DNA of 64,000 nucleotides from an uncultured Gemmatimonadales bacterium. GTDB lineage: Bacteria > Gemmatimonadota > Gemmatimonadetes > Gemmatimonadales > GWC2-71-9. The stretch lies in contig CAWCFX010000001.1 of NCBI GenBank assembly GCA_963795085.1, forward strand, positions 864,001 through 928,000. The letters are read 5' to 3'. Under the pieces are notes generated by a model. It searched no databases. It was not told the DNA's origin and saw nothing but the letters and a program-made list of their open reading frames with translations. A program made the position numbers and the translations under genes. This document shows, in pieces, positions 1 through 10,115 of this stretch; positions within the stretch are counted from its first letter, which is position 1; each line of letters opens with the position of its first letter.

Positions 1-708
1 CAGGCGCACCGGTATTTCCGCAGGAACGGCAAGCCGCTGGTGGTAGATGCCTGTTACCTGGGCGGCGGGAAACCAGCCAGGGCCGTGCAGCTGGTGGCCA
101 TCGAGGAGCCGGTGATCACCGCGATTGTGGCCGGGGTGCGCGCGGCGGGGCTGACCCTGGAGCGGGTGGCGCCGGCCGGGTTGTCCCCGGCGCTGTCGCT
201 CCTCCCTCCAGACGAGCGGGATCGCCGGAGGCGGGAACGCCGGCTTTCGCTCCGGCGGCTTGGCGCCGCGGCTCTGGGTATGTGGATCCTTGTCGCGGGC
301 CTCTCCGCCGCGTCCGCGGTCCGCCAGACGAAGGCGGCGGAACGCGAGCTGGCCCTCCTGGCGGAGCCGGTCGCGGCGCTGGCCAGGGTGAAGCGGGAGA
401 CGGCGCGGGCCGATGCGGTGGCCGGCCAGCTCGCCGCCGACGCAGCTCGGCGCGGTGAACTGTCCGTCCTGCTGGCCGGGATCACGGCGGCCCTTCCCGA
501 CTCGGCTTTTCTCACCTCGCTGACCGTGCCCGAACGGCACCGTGGCTATCTCGGCGGCTACGCCCGCCGAACCTCTGAGGTGGTCGCGCGGCTGGAACGG
601 TCCGGCCTGGTGCGGGAGCCCCGGATTGACGGTTCCCTGGGCCGGGAGGTCATCGCCGGCATCGAGTGGGAGCGCTTCAACATCACCTTCGGCGAGGCCA
701 CCGAATGA
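1..708 (+). CDS. GspL/PilN-like T2SS inner-membrane platform protein (5' partial)
   Basis: Frame open from base 1. One TM helix (ALGMWILVAGLSAASAV), coiled coil, then PilN-like domain (LAGITAALPDSAFLTSL...LGGYA...VVARLERS). Lies in an operon with a secretin. Confidence 0.7.
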   Translation, partial: QAHRYFRRNGKPLVVDACYLGGGKPARAVQLVAIEEPVITAIVAGVRAAGLTLERVAPAGLSPALSLLPPDERDRRRRERRLSLRRLGAAALGMWILVAGLSAASAVRQTKAAERELALLAEPVAALARVKRETARADAVAGQLAADAARRGELSVLLAGITAALPDSAFLTSLTVPERHRGYLGGYARRTSEVVARLERSGLVREPRIDGSLGREVIAGIEWERFNITFGEATE

Positions 709-1283
709 CGCGACTCTCGCGGGCCCGGTTGCGGCTGGGCATCGGCGCCATCCTGGCCTGCTGGGTGGCGATCCGGGTTCTGCCCGCGATGGTGGACGGG
801 ATCCGCGACGTCCGATGGGAGGCCGCCGACCGGACCCGCAGGCTGGAGCAGAGCCGCCGCGAGATCGGGCGGGAACCGGAGATCCTCGCGGCCGCCGCGG
901 CCGCCCGGGAACAGCTGGTGGCCGCGTCGGCTCAGCTCCTTCCCGGCGAGTCGGCTGCCCAGGCGAATGACGCGCTTTCCGGCCTGGTCAACCTGGCGGC
1001 GGACCGGGCCAGCGCCCGGCTCTCCGGCTCCAGCCCGGAAGTGGATTCGGCAGCGGTGGGGAGTCTCCGCCGGGTGTCTCTTCGCGCGGCCTTCGACTGC
1101 GACATCCGCGGCCTGGTAACACTGCTCCATACCCTCGCCGAGGAGGAAGTGGTGCTGGTCGCCGATGGCCTGCGGGTGCTCGCGGCGGAAGCCGGGGGGA
1201 ACCCGGCGGGACCCGAGGTGCTGCGCGTGGAGCTGACCGTTCGCGGCTGGTACCAGGAGGGAAACACGGGGTCTCCGCCATGA
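705..1283 (+). CDS. GspM/PilO-like T2SS protein
   Basis: ATGA-coupled to the upstream gene. N-terminal TM, coiled coil, ferredoxin-like tail (RRVSLRAAFDCDIRGLVTLLHTL...LRVELTVRGWY). Confidence 0.65.
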   Translation: MTRLSRARLRLGIGAILACWVAIRVLPAMVDGIRDVRWEAADRTRRLEQSRREIGREPEILAAAAAAREQLVAASAQLLPGESAAQANDALSGLVNLAADRASARLSGSSPEVDSAAVGSLRRVSLRAAFDCDIRGLVTLLHTLAEEEVVLVADGLRVLAAEAGGNPAGPEVLRVELTVRGWYQEGNTGSPP

Positions 1284-1756
1284 GCCCGACCCCCTGGTTG
1301 CGCGTCGGCCTGGTGCTGCTCGGCGGCTCCGCCATCCCCGCGGCCATCGCCTGGAACCGGCCGCCCGCCGTAGAGGCCGAAGAGATGGGTGCGACCGCGC
1401 CAGTGCCGGCCGACACGCTCCCGCCGCCGCCTTTCGATTCTCTCGGCCAGGTGGTTATCCAGCGAAACCCGTTTCGCCTGGGCCGGGTTCCCGCGGACAT
1501 TCCCTTTACCCCTATTCCCCCCGAGGCGGTGTACGTCGAACCGCCACCGCCCAAGCCGCAGCTGGTGCTGAGCGGAATCGTCTGGGGTGAAGAGCCCAGC
1601 GCGCTGGTTGAAGGCTTGCCTGGGGTCGAAGGTGTCCGGCTGATGCGGGTGGGTGACTCGATCGGAACTATACGATTGCGGCGAGTCACCCGAACCGAGG
1701 CAACGCTGGCGGGCATGGACACAACCTGGGTGTTACAAGTGAGGAAACCATGGTAG
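1280..1756 (+). CDS. T2SS-associated protein, GspC/PilP-like
   Basis: TM, RNPFR motif, Pro-rich linker, LVLSGIVWG...ALVEG...MRVGDSIG beta domain. Sits directly before the secretin. Confidence 0.5.
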   Translation: MSPTPWLRVGLVLLGGSAIPAAIAWNRPPAVEAEEMGATAPVPADTLPPPPFDSLGQVVIQRNPFRLGRVPADIPFTPIPPEAVYVEPPPPKPQLVLSGIVWGEEPSALVEGLPGVEGVRLMRVGDSIGTIRLRRVTRTEATLAGMDTTWVLQVRKPW

Positions 1757-3258
1757 CGGATCCGACGATGCTGGGAGTCGTTCCCCCTTCCCATACAGGG
1801 AAGGGGGTTAGGGGGTTAGGTCTGACCTGGCTGGTGATGCTTATCGGTTTCGGAGTCGCCCGGGCCCAGGACACCGCCTCCGTCCGCCCGGTCCAGGACA
1901 GCGTCATAATCCGGCTGGTGGATACCGACCTCCGGGCCGCCGTCCAGGCGCTGAGCCGGTACCTGCCCAAAACGGTACTGGCGGTGAACATCCCGGCCGT
2001 TCGCATCACCCTGGAGCCTCCCGGCCCCATCGCCAGTTCGGCGGTCGCGCCGCTCCTGCGGGGGCTGGTGGAGGCGTATGGTCTCCAGATGGTAGAGGAC
2101 TCGGCGTACTATCGGGTCGAGCCGCGGCCGCCGGTTGCGGCCCCGGCCGGCGGCCAGCCGGGGAGGCCGGCAGGGGCGGATGAGGTCCGGCTGTTTGTCC
2201 TGCGGCTCAAGCACGCGCGCGCGCCGGATGTTGCCGCCACGGTCAATCTTCTCTTCGGGGGCAGTGGTGAGTTCTCCGGCCGCCCGGGGCTGGCCAGCGG
2301 TACCCTGTCCGATGAGCTGCGCCGGCAGGGCGTGCGGCCGGAAGGAGCCCGGCCGGCTCCGCCGGGGGATGCCGCCGCCCGCCGGGCCGCCCTGACCGGC
2401 GCCGTGACCATCGTGCCCGATGAACTCACCAACTCTCTCCTGGTGCGGGCCTCCCGGGAGGACTTCGACGTGATGTCCCAGGCGGTGGAGCTGCTCGATA
2501 TTCGTCCCCTCCAGGTGCTGATCGAGGTGCTGATCGTCGAGTTCCGCAGCGACCGGACCTTCTCGCTGGGCAACAGCGTCCATGTCCCCCCGCAGCCGCT
2601 GGGGCGGGGGACCGGGGGAGGGGACCTTGTCAGTGGAGGGCTGGGCGATCTCATCATCCGGCTGATGAACCTGGGCAAGGCCGAGGTGGACGCCACCATC
2701 CGGATCGCGGCCACCCGGGGCGATGCCCAGATCGTCTCCCGTCCCGTGCTGCTGGCCTCCAATAACACAGAGGCCAGCTTCCTGGTCGGGTCGCAGCGGC
2801 CCTTCGTGCAGGTGAGCCGGTCGCTGCCGACCGATGCGCCGAGCCGGGACCAGGTGGTGCAGTACCGGGACGTGGGGACCAAGCTGACGGTCCTGCCGAC
2901 CATCAACCAGGACGGATATGTCTCGCTCCTGATCCAGCAGGAGATCAACCAGGCCACGGCGGAGCTGCAGTTCGATGCCCCGGTGATCTCCACCCGGGAA
3001 GCGCGGACCCAGGTCCTGGTACGGGACGGGCAGACCATCGTGATCGGGGGACTCCGGGACCGGCAACAGGACCGCAGCCGCTCCGGGATTCCGCTGCTCT
3101 CCGGGTTGCCGCTGATCGGCGGGCTCTTCGGCACCTCGAGCCGGCGGAACAACGAAACCGAGCTGTACATCTTCATCACGCCCCGGATCATTGCCTCGGA
3201 CGACGACGCCGACCGGCTGACGGAAGTCCGGATGCCGGACCCGGGGAGGCTCCGGTGA
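1750..3258 (+). CDS. gspD: Type II secretion system secretin
   Basis: LKHARAPDVAATV and IVPDELTNSLLVRA N-domain; LDIRPLQVLIEVLIVE, YRDVGTKLTVLPTI, DGQTIVIGGL, GIPLLSGLPLIGGLFG, ETELYIFITPRII secretin motifs. Confidence 0.93.
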   Translation: MVADPTMLGVVPPSHTGKGVRGLGLTWLVMLIGFGVARAQDTASVRPVQDSVIIRLVDTDLRAAVQALSRYLPKTVLAVNIPAVRITLEPPGPIASSAVAPLLRGLVEAYGLQMVEDSAYYRVEPRPPVAAPAGGQPGRPAGADEVRLFVLRLKHARAPDVAATVNLLFGGSGEFSGRPGLASGTLSDELRRQGVRPEGARPAPPGDAAARRAALTGAVTIVPDELTNSLLVRASREDFDVMSQAVELLDIRPLQVLIEVLIVEFRSDRTFSLGNSVHVPPQPLGRGTGGGDLVSGGLGDLIIRLMNLGKAEVDATIRIAATRGDAQIVSRPVLLASNNTEASFLVGSQRPFVQVSRSLPTDAPSRDQVVQYRDVGTKLTVLPTINQDGYVSLLIQQEINQATAELQFDAPVISTREARTQVLVRDGQTIVIGGLRDRQQDRSRSGIPLLSGLPLIGGLFGTSSRRNNETELYIFITPRIIASDDDADRLTEVRMPDPGRLR

Positions 3259-4241
3259 CGGCCCACGCTGTGGGAGATCAGGGGGAAACCATCATCGTCG
3301 GCGAGTCTCCCGCGATCCGCCGGGCGGTGCAGGTGGCCCGGATGTTTGCCCGGACGGCGCTGCCGGTCCTCATCACCGGCGAGACCGGGACCGGCAAGGA
3401 ACTGTTCGCGCAGGAGATCCACCGGTGGAGCGGCCGGCGGGGACCGCTGGTGGACGTGAACTGCGGGGCGTTGCCGCGGGACCTGGTGGAGGGGGAGCTG
3501 TTCGGGCACCGGCGGGGGGCGTACACCGGGGCCGCAACTGACACCAGCGGCCTGATTGCCCACTCCGATGGCGGCACCCTCTTCCTGGACGAGCTCTCCA
3601 GCCTCCCGGTGGAGGGGCAGGTAAAGTTGCTTCGGGCGATTGAGACGAGGGAAATCCGTCGGCTGGGCGATACTCTCAAGCGGCGGGTGGACTTCCGGCT
3701 CGTGTCAGCGGTGCATCACGGCCTGGCCGGCGAAGTTGCCTCTGGCCGGCTCCGGGCGGACCTCCTTCAGCGCCTGGCCGGTGTAGTCATCCACCTTCCA
3801 CCGCTGGTCGATCGCATTGGTGACATGGCGCTCCTGGCTCGCCATTTTCTTCGCCAGTTCCGGTGTACCCTCGGTTGCGGAGCCGATCTGGTGTTAGGTC
3901 AGTACGCCTGGCCTGGGAATGTCCGCGAGCTCAGGTCAGTGATCGAGCGGGCGATCGTGCTCTCATCGTCCACCACGGTCAGTTCGGAAGTACTCGTGGA
4001 AGCCATTGAACTGGGACCGGCTGGAACGCATTCAACGCGAGGGGGAGAGAGGAGTGTACGGAGTGCCCTGGCGCGAAAGCAACTCCTGGGTGCAGCCGAA
4101 CAGAATGGGTGGGATCCCCGCCGGCTGGCCGCCTCCCTGGGCGTAAGCCGTGCTACCCTCTATCGTCGCCTCCGGGCGCTGGGGGTTTCTCTGACACAAT
4201 GCCAGGCTCAAGGTCTCACCGAGTCTCACGAGACACGGTAG
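3255..4241 (+). CDS. Sigma54-dependent activator (AAA+ plus Fis HTH, no N-terminal sensor domain)
   Basis: Walker A GETGTGKE, ELFGHRRGAYTGA, GGTLFLDE, WPGNVRELRSVIER, HTH LGVSRATLYRRL. Confidence 0.92.
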   Translation: MTAHAVGDQGETIIVGESPAIRRAVQVARMFARTALPVLITGETGTGKELFAQEIHRWSGRRGPLVDVNCGALPRDLVEGELFGHRRGAYTGAATDTSGLIAHSDGGTLFLDELSSLPVEGQVKLLRAIETREIRRLGDTLKRRVDFRLVSAVHHGLAGEVASGRLRADLLQRLAGVVIHLPPLVDRIGDMALLARHFLRQFRCTLGCGADLVLGQYAWPGNVRELRSVIERAIVLSSSTTVSSEVLVEAIELGPAGTHSTRGGERSVRSALARKQLLGAAEQNGWDPRRLAASLGVSRATLYRRLRALGVSLTQCQAQGLTESHETR

Positions 4242-4252
4242 AAAATGAGACC
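4212..4252. promoter_or_regulatory. Candidate upstream activator site (GTCTCA / TGAGAC inverted repeats)
   Basis: GGTCTCA at 4212 is perfectly inverted by TGAGACC at 4246. An internal GTCTC-AC-GAGAC palindrome lies at 4223-4234. Confidence 0.45.
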
Positions 4253-4316
4253 ACAGCCGACCCGCACGGGGTCGCCAAACTCGTTCGGTGTAACCGCTTA
4301 GGATGAGCCGTTCCAG

Positions 4317-4332
4317 GGGCCTATGTCGTGCA
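4317..4332 (+). promoter_or_regulatory. Candidate sigma54 -24/-12 promoter for rhs
   Basis: GGGCCTATGTCGTGCA has exact GG-N10-GC spacing (GG 4318-19, GC 4330-31, TGCA at -12), about 35 nt before the rhs ATG. Confidence 0.45.
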
Positions 4333-4366
4333 ATGGAGGGGTCAACTTCCTCCGGATTACCGTCAT

Positions 4367-7300
4367 ATGTTTCTTTTCCGCCGTTGGACTGCGCTAATCG
4401 CACTTCCCCTGCTTTTCCTCGCCAGGGATCATCGTCTCTCGTTCCCGCCAGGCGCTGCTTCCGTGGCCGTAACCCCGGACAACAAGCCTCGAAGCGCGAC
4501 CGCCCACTCGACCGGGTGGAGCGAGGTGTTCACCGTCAAGAATACCGGAACTGTATCTGGCTCCTGGGACTTGTCCTGTACTTCTACGGGGCAGGTCACC
4601 TGCGGCACGGTGATCCCCGATGCGGTGGACCTTGATCCGAGCCAGACCACTAACGTCACCGTCAACTATTCCACGGGCAACCTGGACGCGACCGCGAAAG
4701 TAAAGCTGGTCGCGACCGGCCCTGCCGTGGACACCGGAAGCATAGCGCTCAATGTGGGCACTTCGGTGGTACGGATCGTCTCCCCTGGTGTCGACACGGT
4801 CACCAGCCGCATCGTGATCTCCAACCGGCAGCCGGTGGTGCGGGCCTTGTTTCTCCGGACTGCCGGTGCGGCGGCGGATACGACAGCGACAGTGCTCAAA
4901 TGGCGCGATGTGGATATCACGAATCTGGCCCGCCACAACCGGGGGTTGCTGGAGTGGGAGGTTGACTCGACTCGCTGGCTCGGGGTCGGGGATTCGGCGA
5001 AGATCACGATTATCTACAAAGCCGGGGGCATCACGACTACCGAGAACCGGTGGGCGGTGCTCTTAAATGACGACAAGCCGGTGATCGGATTCCAGGGAAT
5101 GCCGCTGGCGACGCTGAATGGCGGGTTCAGCTCCGGCTTTGGGCCGGGGTTCAGCGTGCAAGGCGCGGAGGTGGAAACCGGGATCGGCGCCATCCCCTAC
5201 GTGAGTATGGGTGTGTCGCGATCGGCGGGCCTGGTGTACTCCACCCGGACTTCCTATCCCCGGGCGCTGGTCAATGTGGATCTGGAAACACCCTGGCCGG
5301 CCGGCACGCCGACCCAGATCAAGCTCTACCTCTGGGATGCCGGGGTGAAAGTGGATTCCCTGGTCCTGGCCAGCACCAGTTGCGTGACCGGCGCGGTGAA
5401 GCGCTGTCGGGCGACGCTGCAAGGTGATTTCTCCGGCAGCACGTTCAGCACGCCGACCCGGAAGCGATTGGCGGTGGAGGCGCTGGTGACGTCCGGCGGG
5501 ACCACCAAGAGTGCCATGGACACCGTCGAGGTGATGCTGGTGGATCGGCGAGCCACCCAGTACGGCAGCGGCTGGTGGCCGAGCGGGATCTCGAAGCTGG
5601 TGGCCGCGGGGCAGGACCGCATTCTGGTGGGACCGTCGGGCAGCGCCACCATCTTCCGGGGCAACGGGGACAGCCTCTACCTTGCCCCGCCGGGGAGTTT
5701 CACAACCCTGGTCAAGACGGGCACCGGCTGGGAGATCCGGCCCCGGGGCAGCACGGCGCGGGTCTACTTTGACACCAATGGCCGGCTGGTCGCGACGGCG
5801 GATAACAACGGCAATCGGGACTCAGTCTTCTACGCCAGTACCACGGACACGGTCACGTCACTCAAGGATCCGATCGGGAAGACCATCACCTTCACCTACA
5901 CCAGCGGCCGGTTGAGCAAGATCACCACCCTGACCGGCGGGGCGGCGCGGGATGTCTTCGTCAACATCGATGGGACCAGTAACCAGCTGACTTACGCCCG
6001 GCTGCCCTATACCGTCAGCTCCAATACGGCGCTTCGCGACACAGTCCGCTTTACCTATCAGAGCTACCCCGGCACCAAAACCCAGCTGATCACCCACCGC
6101 ATCGGGCTGATCGGCGATACCACCCGTTTGGTCTATGACTCGACGTTCAAGCGCCGGCCGGTCCAGGTCTTCCTGCCCCGGGTCCAGGACGAAACCGGCA
6201 GCAATGTCACGCCGGACCTCGAGTATTTTGCCTACGAGCGGCAGGGGTGGGGGACGCTGCGCTCGCTGGACAGCGTCTATGTCGAAGTGAAAGATCCGCG
6301 GGATCACTGGACCCGATCATTGCTCAACCGCTGGGCCCAGGCCCGGACGACCTGGGACGCCTTGGGGACTCTCGGCCGGACGGAGTACGATGCCGATGGC
6401 TTCGTGCTCTGGTCGGAGGGGGCGGTGGCGGACTCCGGGCGCGTATACACTCGCTATGACACCCTCAAAAGAGTGGTGCGGACCTACACCATTCTCACCG
6501 GCGGTACCATCGTCAACGGCGACAGCCTGATCTACGACAGCAATCACCGGGTGATCAAGAGAATCAACCCGTGGGCCGAGCGGGACACCATGGGGTACAC
6601 CGCCAACGGCAATCTGACCTACCACATGGATGCCGACAACAAGATCACCACAACGCTGTACAACTCCACCGGCACTGTCGATAAGATCATCCTGTCCGGG
6701 GACACCAGTTTTATCCAGCACACCTACGACAACCCCTTCGGGAACCGAAGCAGGGTAGAGCGGATCTCAGGCGACTCGACACTCCTTCTGTCCGCATTCT
6801 ATTATGACCAGTACGGACGGGACTCGGTGAGCGAAAGTAAGATCGTGTCTCAGGTCTCGAGTGGTACCACCAACTGGCAATGGCGACGGAGCCTGGTGTT
6901 TCTCTCTCCCCTCAACCAGGTGGATTCCACTATCCTGTTGCGGACCGACAACTGTGCCGACCCCTGCCTCACCCCGCCGAGCTGGCCGTCGCTGCCGGAC
7001 ACTACAAAGGCCCAGCATGTGCGCTATCGTCGGGACCGCGGCGGCCGGGATTCCCTCCGGCTCAATGACCGGAACCAGGCGACCCGCTACGTTCACGACC
7101 GGCTGGGGCGGCTACTGGCTCGCTATCCCGATTCCACCAGCGTTCGCGATTCGATGGTGTATGACGTGGCGGGGAACCTCAAGAAGACCATCACCCGCCG
7201 CGGGCACACCATTGAGAATACCTACGATTCACGAAACCGCACCACTCTGACTACCCTCCCCGGCATCGGGGACCGGACCCGGGTCTACGGCGGGCCCGCG

Positions 7301-9304
7301 GGCCAGCTGACCCGGATCTACGATGCCAGTCCGGTGGACTCGATCGGCGGGGTCAACCGGGAGATGCGCTGGGGTTATGACAACCGGGGCTTCCTCACGG
7401 CTGACACCAGCTATACCAGCACGACCGCTCGATCAACTACCTACGCCTATGACAGGTATGGCCGCGACACCTCGATGACCGATCCGTCCGGGATATGGCG
7501 GACATCCTATTCCCAAAAGTTCGGCGGCCTCCCGATCATGCAGGTGACGCCATTCGGCGATAGTGTCATATACCTTTATGACGAACAGCGGCGCCCCCAA
7601 AGCGTCACCGTTCGCAGCTCGGGGCCTGCCCAGGTGAACCGGTACGCCTTCAACGACCGGGGCCGGCTGGACAGTGTGGCGCATTCGGTCGCCACATCGC
7701 CCAATGCCTTTACACCCCTGACCTACTTCGCCGGGACGGCGGGCGATCCCTCGCTTCCCGGCGTGGCGCCGAGCTACGCAGAGCAGCATGGCGCGGCGGC
7801 GAGCGTGGAGACCTTGACGGACTCCGTTGGCTATGATGGATGGGGGCGGGTCTTGAGCTGGGTCGGGAAGCGGGGTGGGACTGTCGTCGGGCGAGATACC
7901 TTTGCCTTTGACCGGATGGGCAATATCAAGACCACGGCCGGTGCGGAGACCTACAACGCCTTGGGCCGTCTGACGTCGCGTACCGCTGGCGGGTGGACGT
8001 ACACCTACTATTATGATGCTGCGGGCAATCCGGATAGCGTCAACCAGGTCAGCGGAGGCACGACGCATCGCTGGCGCTATGGGTGGGACGTCCTGAACCG
8101 GCTGGAGAGTGTCCGGCGGAACGGGACCCTGATCGCCCGGTACAGCTACGACGTCCTGGGCCGGCGGATCGCCAAGCGGGTGTACAGCAGTGCGACCGGC
8201 GGTGCGGCGGACTACACCCGGTTCGTCTATCATGGCAGCCATGTCGCCTTCGAGGCCGATTCGGGGAGCGGGTCGGGGATCAAGATCACCCGGCGCTACG
8301 TCTGGGGCATGGGAACCGACGACCTGGTTGCGGTGCGGGACTCGACCTCGGGCACGGCGGTGCACTACTACGCGGTCAAGGACAAGCTGGGCAGCGTCCG
8401 CGGCCTGGTAAAGCGAGACGGGACCTGGCAGTACTCGGAGCGGTTCGGGCCCTACGGGGCGTCGGTGGAGCTCTCGGGGACGGACCCGGGGCACCGCTAC
8501 CGGTGGACCGGGCGGGAGTATGACGCGGAGACGGGGTTCTACTACTTCCGGGCGCGGTACTACGAGCCCGCGGCGCGGCGGTTTATCAGCGAGGATCCGA
8601 TCGGGTATGCGGGGGGCGGGAATCTGTATGCGTATGTCCGCGGCGCGGTCTTGGAAGCGCGCGATCCGTCGGGATTGATGATGCAATACGACCAAGCTGC
8701 CTGGTCGCAGTACTATGGATGGATGATGGGTCTCTTGGGGCGGGATAAAGGAGATGGGTGGTGGGACCAAGTTCAGGCAGACATCAGCATGATGGATAAA
8801 CTGGCCGCCGGTGAGGTCGAGTGGATTGCAACAATCCAGAACGCGGATGGCTCAACATCTGAGGTGAATTGCCGCAGTATGCAAGGCGCCTGCGATGACT
8901 GGCTGGACAACCAGACCCAACCACTTTCAGAGGAGGAGCGCAAAGGAATGGGAAATATGTGTACCTCGCGCCCCGATTCCTGCGACAAGATTCGTGTGTA
9001 CCGCCACACTGGGAACGTTTCCATAACACTCGGCCATCTCATTGCACTCCGGCCGGATCATCATAACGATCGCTTCACCCTGGTGCACGAAACGTATCAT
9101 GTCTTTCAGTTTGAGGACTGGGGCGGCTTCAAGTACTATGCGCGCGGGCTGTGGACGCAGTTCAAGAATCTCTTTGCTGATCAGTATCACTGGACACCCG
9201 GAAAGGCATTTAGCCGGTACGGTATGGAACAGCAAGCAGAGATCGTTGCCTTCTGCGTTGTCCGCCGAGATTCGGAGGCCTGCGCAATTTCCCCCTTCTT
9301 CTAG
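4367..9304 (+). CDS. Rhs/YD-repeat polymorphic toxin with N-terminal signal peptide, Ig-like domain and C-terminal HExxH metallopeptidase
   Basis: Hydrophobic N-terminus MFLFRRWTALIALPLLFLA, many YD repeats, Rhs core YRWTGREYDAETGFYYFRARYYEPAARRFISEDPIG...DPSGL, tip LVHETYHVFQF...YGMEQQAE. Confidence 0.93.
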   Translation: MFLFRRWTALIALPLLFLARDHRLSFPPGAASVAVTPDNKPRSATAHSTGWSEVFTVKNTGTVSGSWDLSCTSTGQVTCGTVIPDAVDLDPSQTTNVTVNYSTGNLDATAKVKLVATGPAVDTGSIALNVGTSVVRIVSPGVDTVTSRIVISNRQPVVRALFLRTAGAAADTTATVLKWRDVDITNLARHNRGLLEWEVDSTRWLGVGDSAKITIIYKAGGITTTENRWAVLLNDDKPVIGFQGMPLATLNGGFSSGFGPGFSVQGAEVETGIGAIPYVSMGVSRSAGLVYSTRTSYPRALVNVDLETPWPAGTPTQIKLYLWDAGVKVDSLVLASTSCVTGAVKRCRATLQGDFSGSTFSTPTRKRLAVEALVTSGGTTKSAMDTVEVMLVDRRATQYGSGWWPSGISKLVAAGQDRILVGPSGSATIFRGNGDSLYLAPPGSFTTLVKTGTGWEIRPRGSTARVYFDTNGRLVATADNNGNRDSVFYASTTDTVTSLKDPIGKTITFTYTSGRLSKITTLTGGAARDVFVNIDGTSNQLTYARLPYTVSSNTALRDTVRFTYQSYPGTKTQLITHRIGLIGDTTRLVYDSTFKRRPVQVFLPRVQDETGSNVTPDLEYFAYERQGWGTLRSLDSVYVEVKDPRDHWTRSLLNRWAQARTTWDALGTLGRTEYDADGFVLWSEGAVADSGRVYTRYDTLKRVVRTYTILTGGTIVNGDSLIYDSNHRVIKRINPWAERDTMGYTANGNLTYHMDADNKITTTLYNSTGTVDKIILSGDTSFIQHTYDNPFGNRSRVERISGDSTLLLSAFYYDQYGRDSVSESKIVSQVSSGTTNWQWRRSLVFLSPLNQVDSTILLRTDNCADPCLTPPSWPSLPDTTKAQHVRYRRDRGGRDSLRLNDRNQATRYVHDRLGRLLARYPDSTSVRDSMVYDVAGNLKKTITRRGHTIENTYDSRNRTTLTTLPGIGDRTRVYGGPAGQLTRIYDASPVDSIGGVNREMRWGYDNRGFLTADTSYTSTTARSTTYAYDRYGRDTSMTDPSGIWRTSYSQKFGGLPIMQVTPFGDSVIYLYDEQRRPQSVTVRSSGPAQVNRYAFNDRGRLDSVAHSVATSPNAFTPLTYFAGTAGDPSLPGVAPSYAEQHGAAASVETLTDSVGYDGWGRVLSWVGKRGGTVVGRDTFAFDRMGNIKTTAGAETYNALGRLTSRTAGGWTYTYYYDAAGNPDSVNQVSGGTTHRWRYGWDVLNRLESVRRNGTLIARYSYDVLGRRIAKRVYSSATGGAADYTRFVYHGSHVAFEADSGSGSGIKITRRYVWGMGTDDLVAVRDSTSGTAVHYYAVKDKLGSVRGLVKRDGTWQYSERFGPYGASVELSGTDPGHRYRWTGREYDAETGFYYFRARYYEPAARRFISEDPIGYAGGGNLYAYVRGAVLEARDPSGLMMQYDQAAWSQYYGWMMGLLGRDKGDGWWDQVQADISMMDKLAAGEVEWIATIQNADGSTSEVNCRSMQGACDDWLDNQTQPLSEEERKGMGNMCTSRPDSCDKIRVYRHTGNVSITLGHLIALRPDHHNDRFTLVHETYHVFQFEDWGGFKYYARGLWTQFKNLFADQYHWTPGKAFSRYGMEQQAEIVAFCVVRRDSEACAISPFF

Positions 9305-9312
9305 GAGGGAAT

Positions 9313-9717
9313 ATGGTGAGAGTAGAATGGTTGAATCTCAGACTTCTTGTGATGGTTCTGCTGATCGGCTGCCCTAAACCACTCGCGGTGTGGGTGCCAC
9401 CGGATTCGACGAGGTCGCATCTCGTGTTTCGAATCGGCAACCATGTCGGTAGCAACAAGGTGCGACAATTCACTACATTCCTTGTGCGTGAGTGCACGAC
9501 CGAGGACACCCCCGACAATGCCCTATGGCTCCTCTACCTGGACGACTTTGAGCGCCGATCTTATCCAACATCAATTGTGTACGGACTCGTTCCCCCTGGA
9601 TACCGTGAAAGGGCACCAGCCCGGACACTGGGCACGGGCTGCCATATAGCATCTGCTGATGGGGCTTCGGCCAAGTTCACTATTGGCCGTGATGGCCAGG
9701 TTTCGGGGGCGCCGTAG
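9313..9717 (+). CDS. Putative immunity lipoprotein for Rhs tip 1
   Basis: Immediately after rhs with GGAGG RBS, lipobox-like LLIGC, lower GC. Confidence 0.6.
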   Translation: MVRVEWLNLRLLVMVLLIGCPKPLAVWVPPDSTRSHLVFRIGNHVGSNKVRQFTTFLVRECTTEDTPDNALWLLYLDDFERRSYPTSIVYGLVPPGYRERAPARTLGTGCHIASADGASAKFTIGRDGQVSGAP

Positions 9718-9795
9718 AGCGGGCGGTCAGATCTGCCGAAGCCTGTGTTGAAAAGTCTGGAGAGGCATCCTCTCGCCGGACGTCCTCCGGAAAGG

Positions 9796-10040
9796 TGGTC
9801 TGGCCCCGATTTCGTGGACACGCGGGGTTAGTCGGCGCGGCCGGCCAGCCGCCTCGAAAGCCACGGGCTAAGAAAGCCCAGGGCGGAATGCTGCCGCTCG
9901 TGATTGTACCACCTCAGCTAGTCCGGGAACGCGGAATCGGCCGCTGTCCGAGTGCGCCAGCGCCTCTGATCCACCAGTTCCCGCTTGAGCGTGGCGAAGC
10001 TTGTCCCAAAGTCGCCACGGCGGCCCATGCTTGCGGTGAC
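9796..10040 (-). mobile_element. IS3-family remnant (terminal repeat plus decayed transposase C-terminus), copy 1
   Basis: Begins TGGTCTGGCCCCGATTTCGTGGACAC. Minus strand encodes SMGRRGD...[15 protein letters not shown] and HSALG-like IS3 integrase-core motifs with stops and frameshifts. Confidence 0.8.
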
Positions 10041-10115
10041 CCGTGGGCGCCAGCGCCGCCAGCCTGATCCAAAGAGAGACTCGAATCGCCACATCCACAC
10101 TCATCAGCGGAATCT

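Noticed and set aside
9739..9760. Additional IS terminal repeats (GCCTGTGTTGAAAAGTC; also near 12471)
   Set aside because: Only a vague resemblance, with no partner repeat or transposase.
9985..10115. N-terminal extension of the 328-aa orphan Rhs ORF
   Set aside because: It derives from the antisense IS3 remnant and spacer; Rhs homology begins only at 10116.
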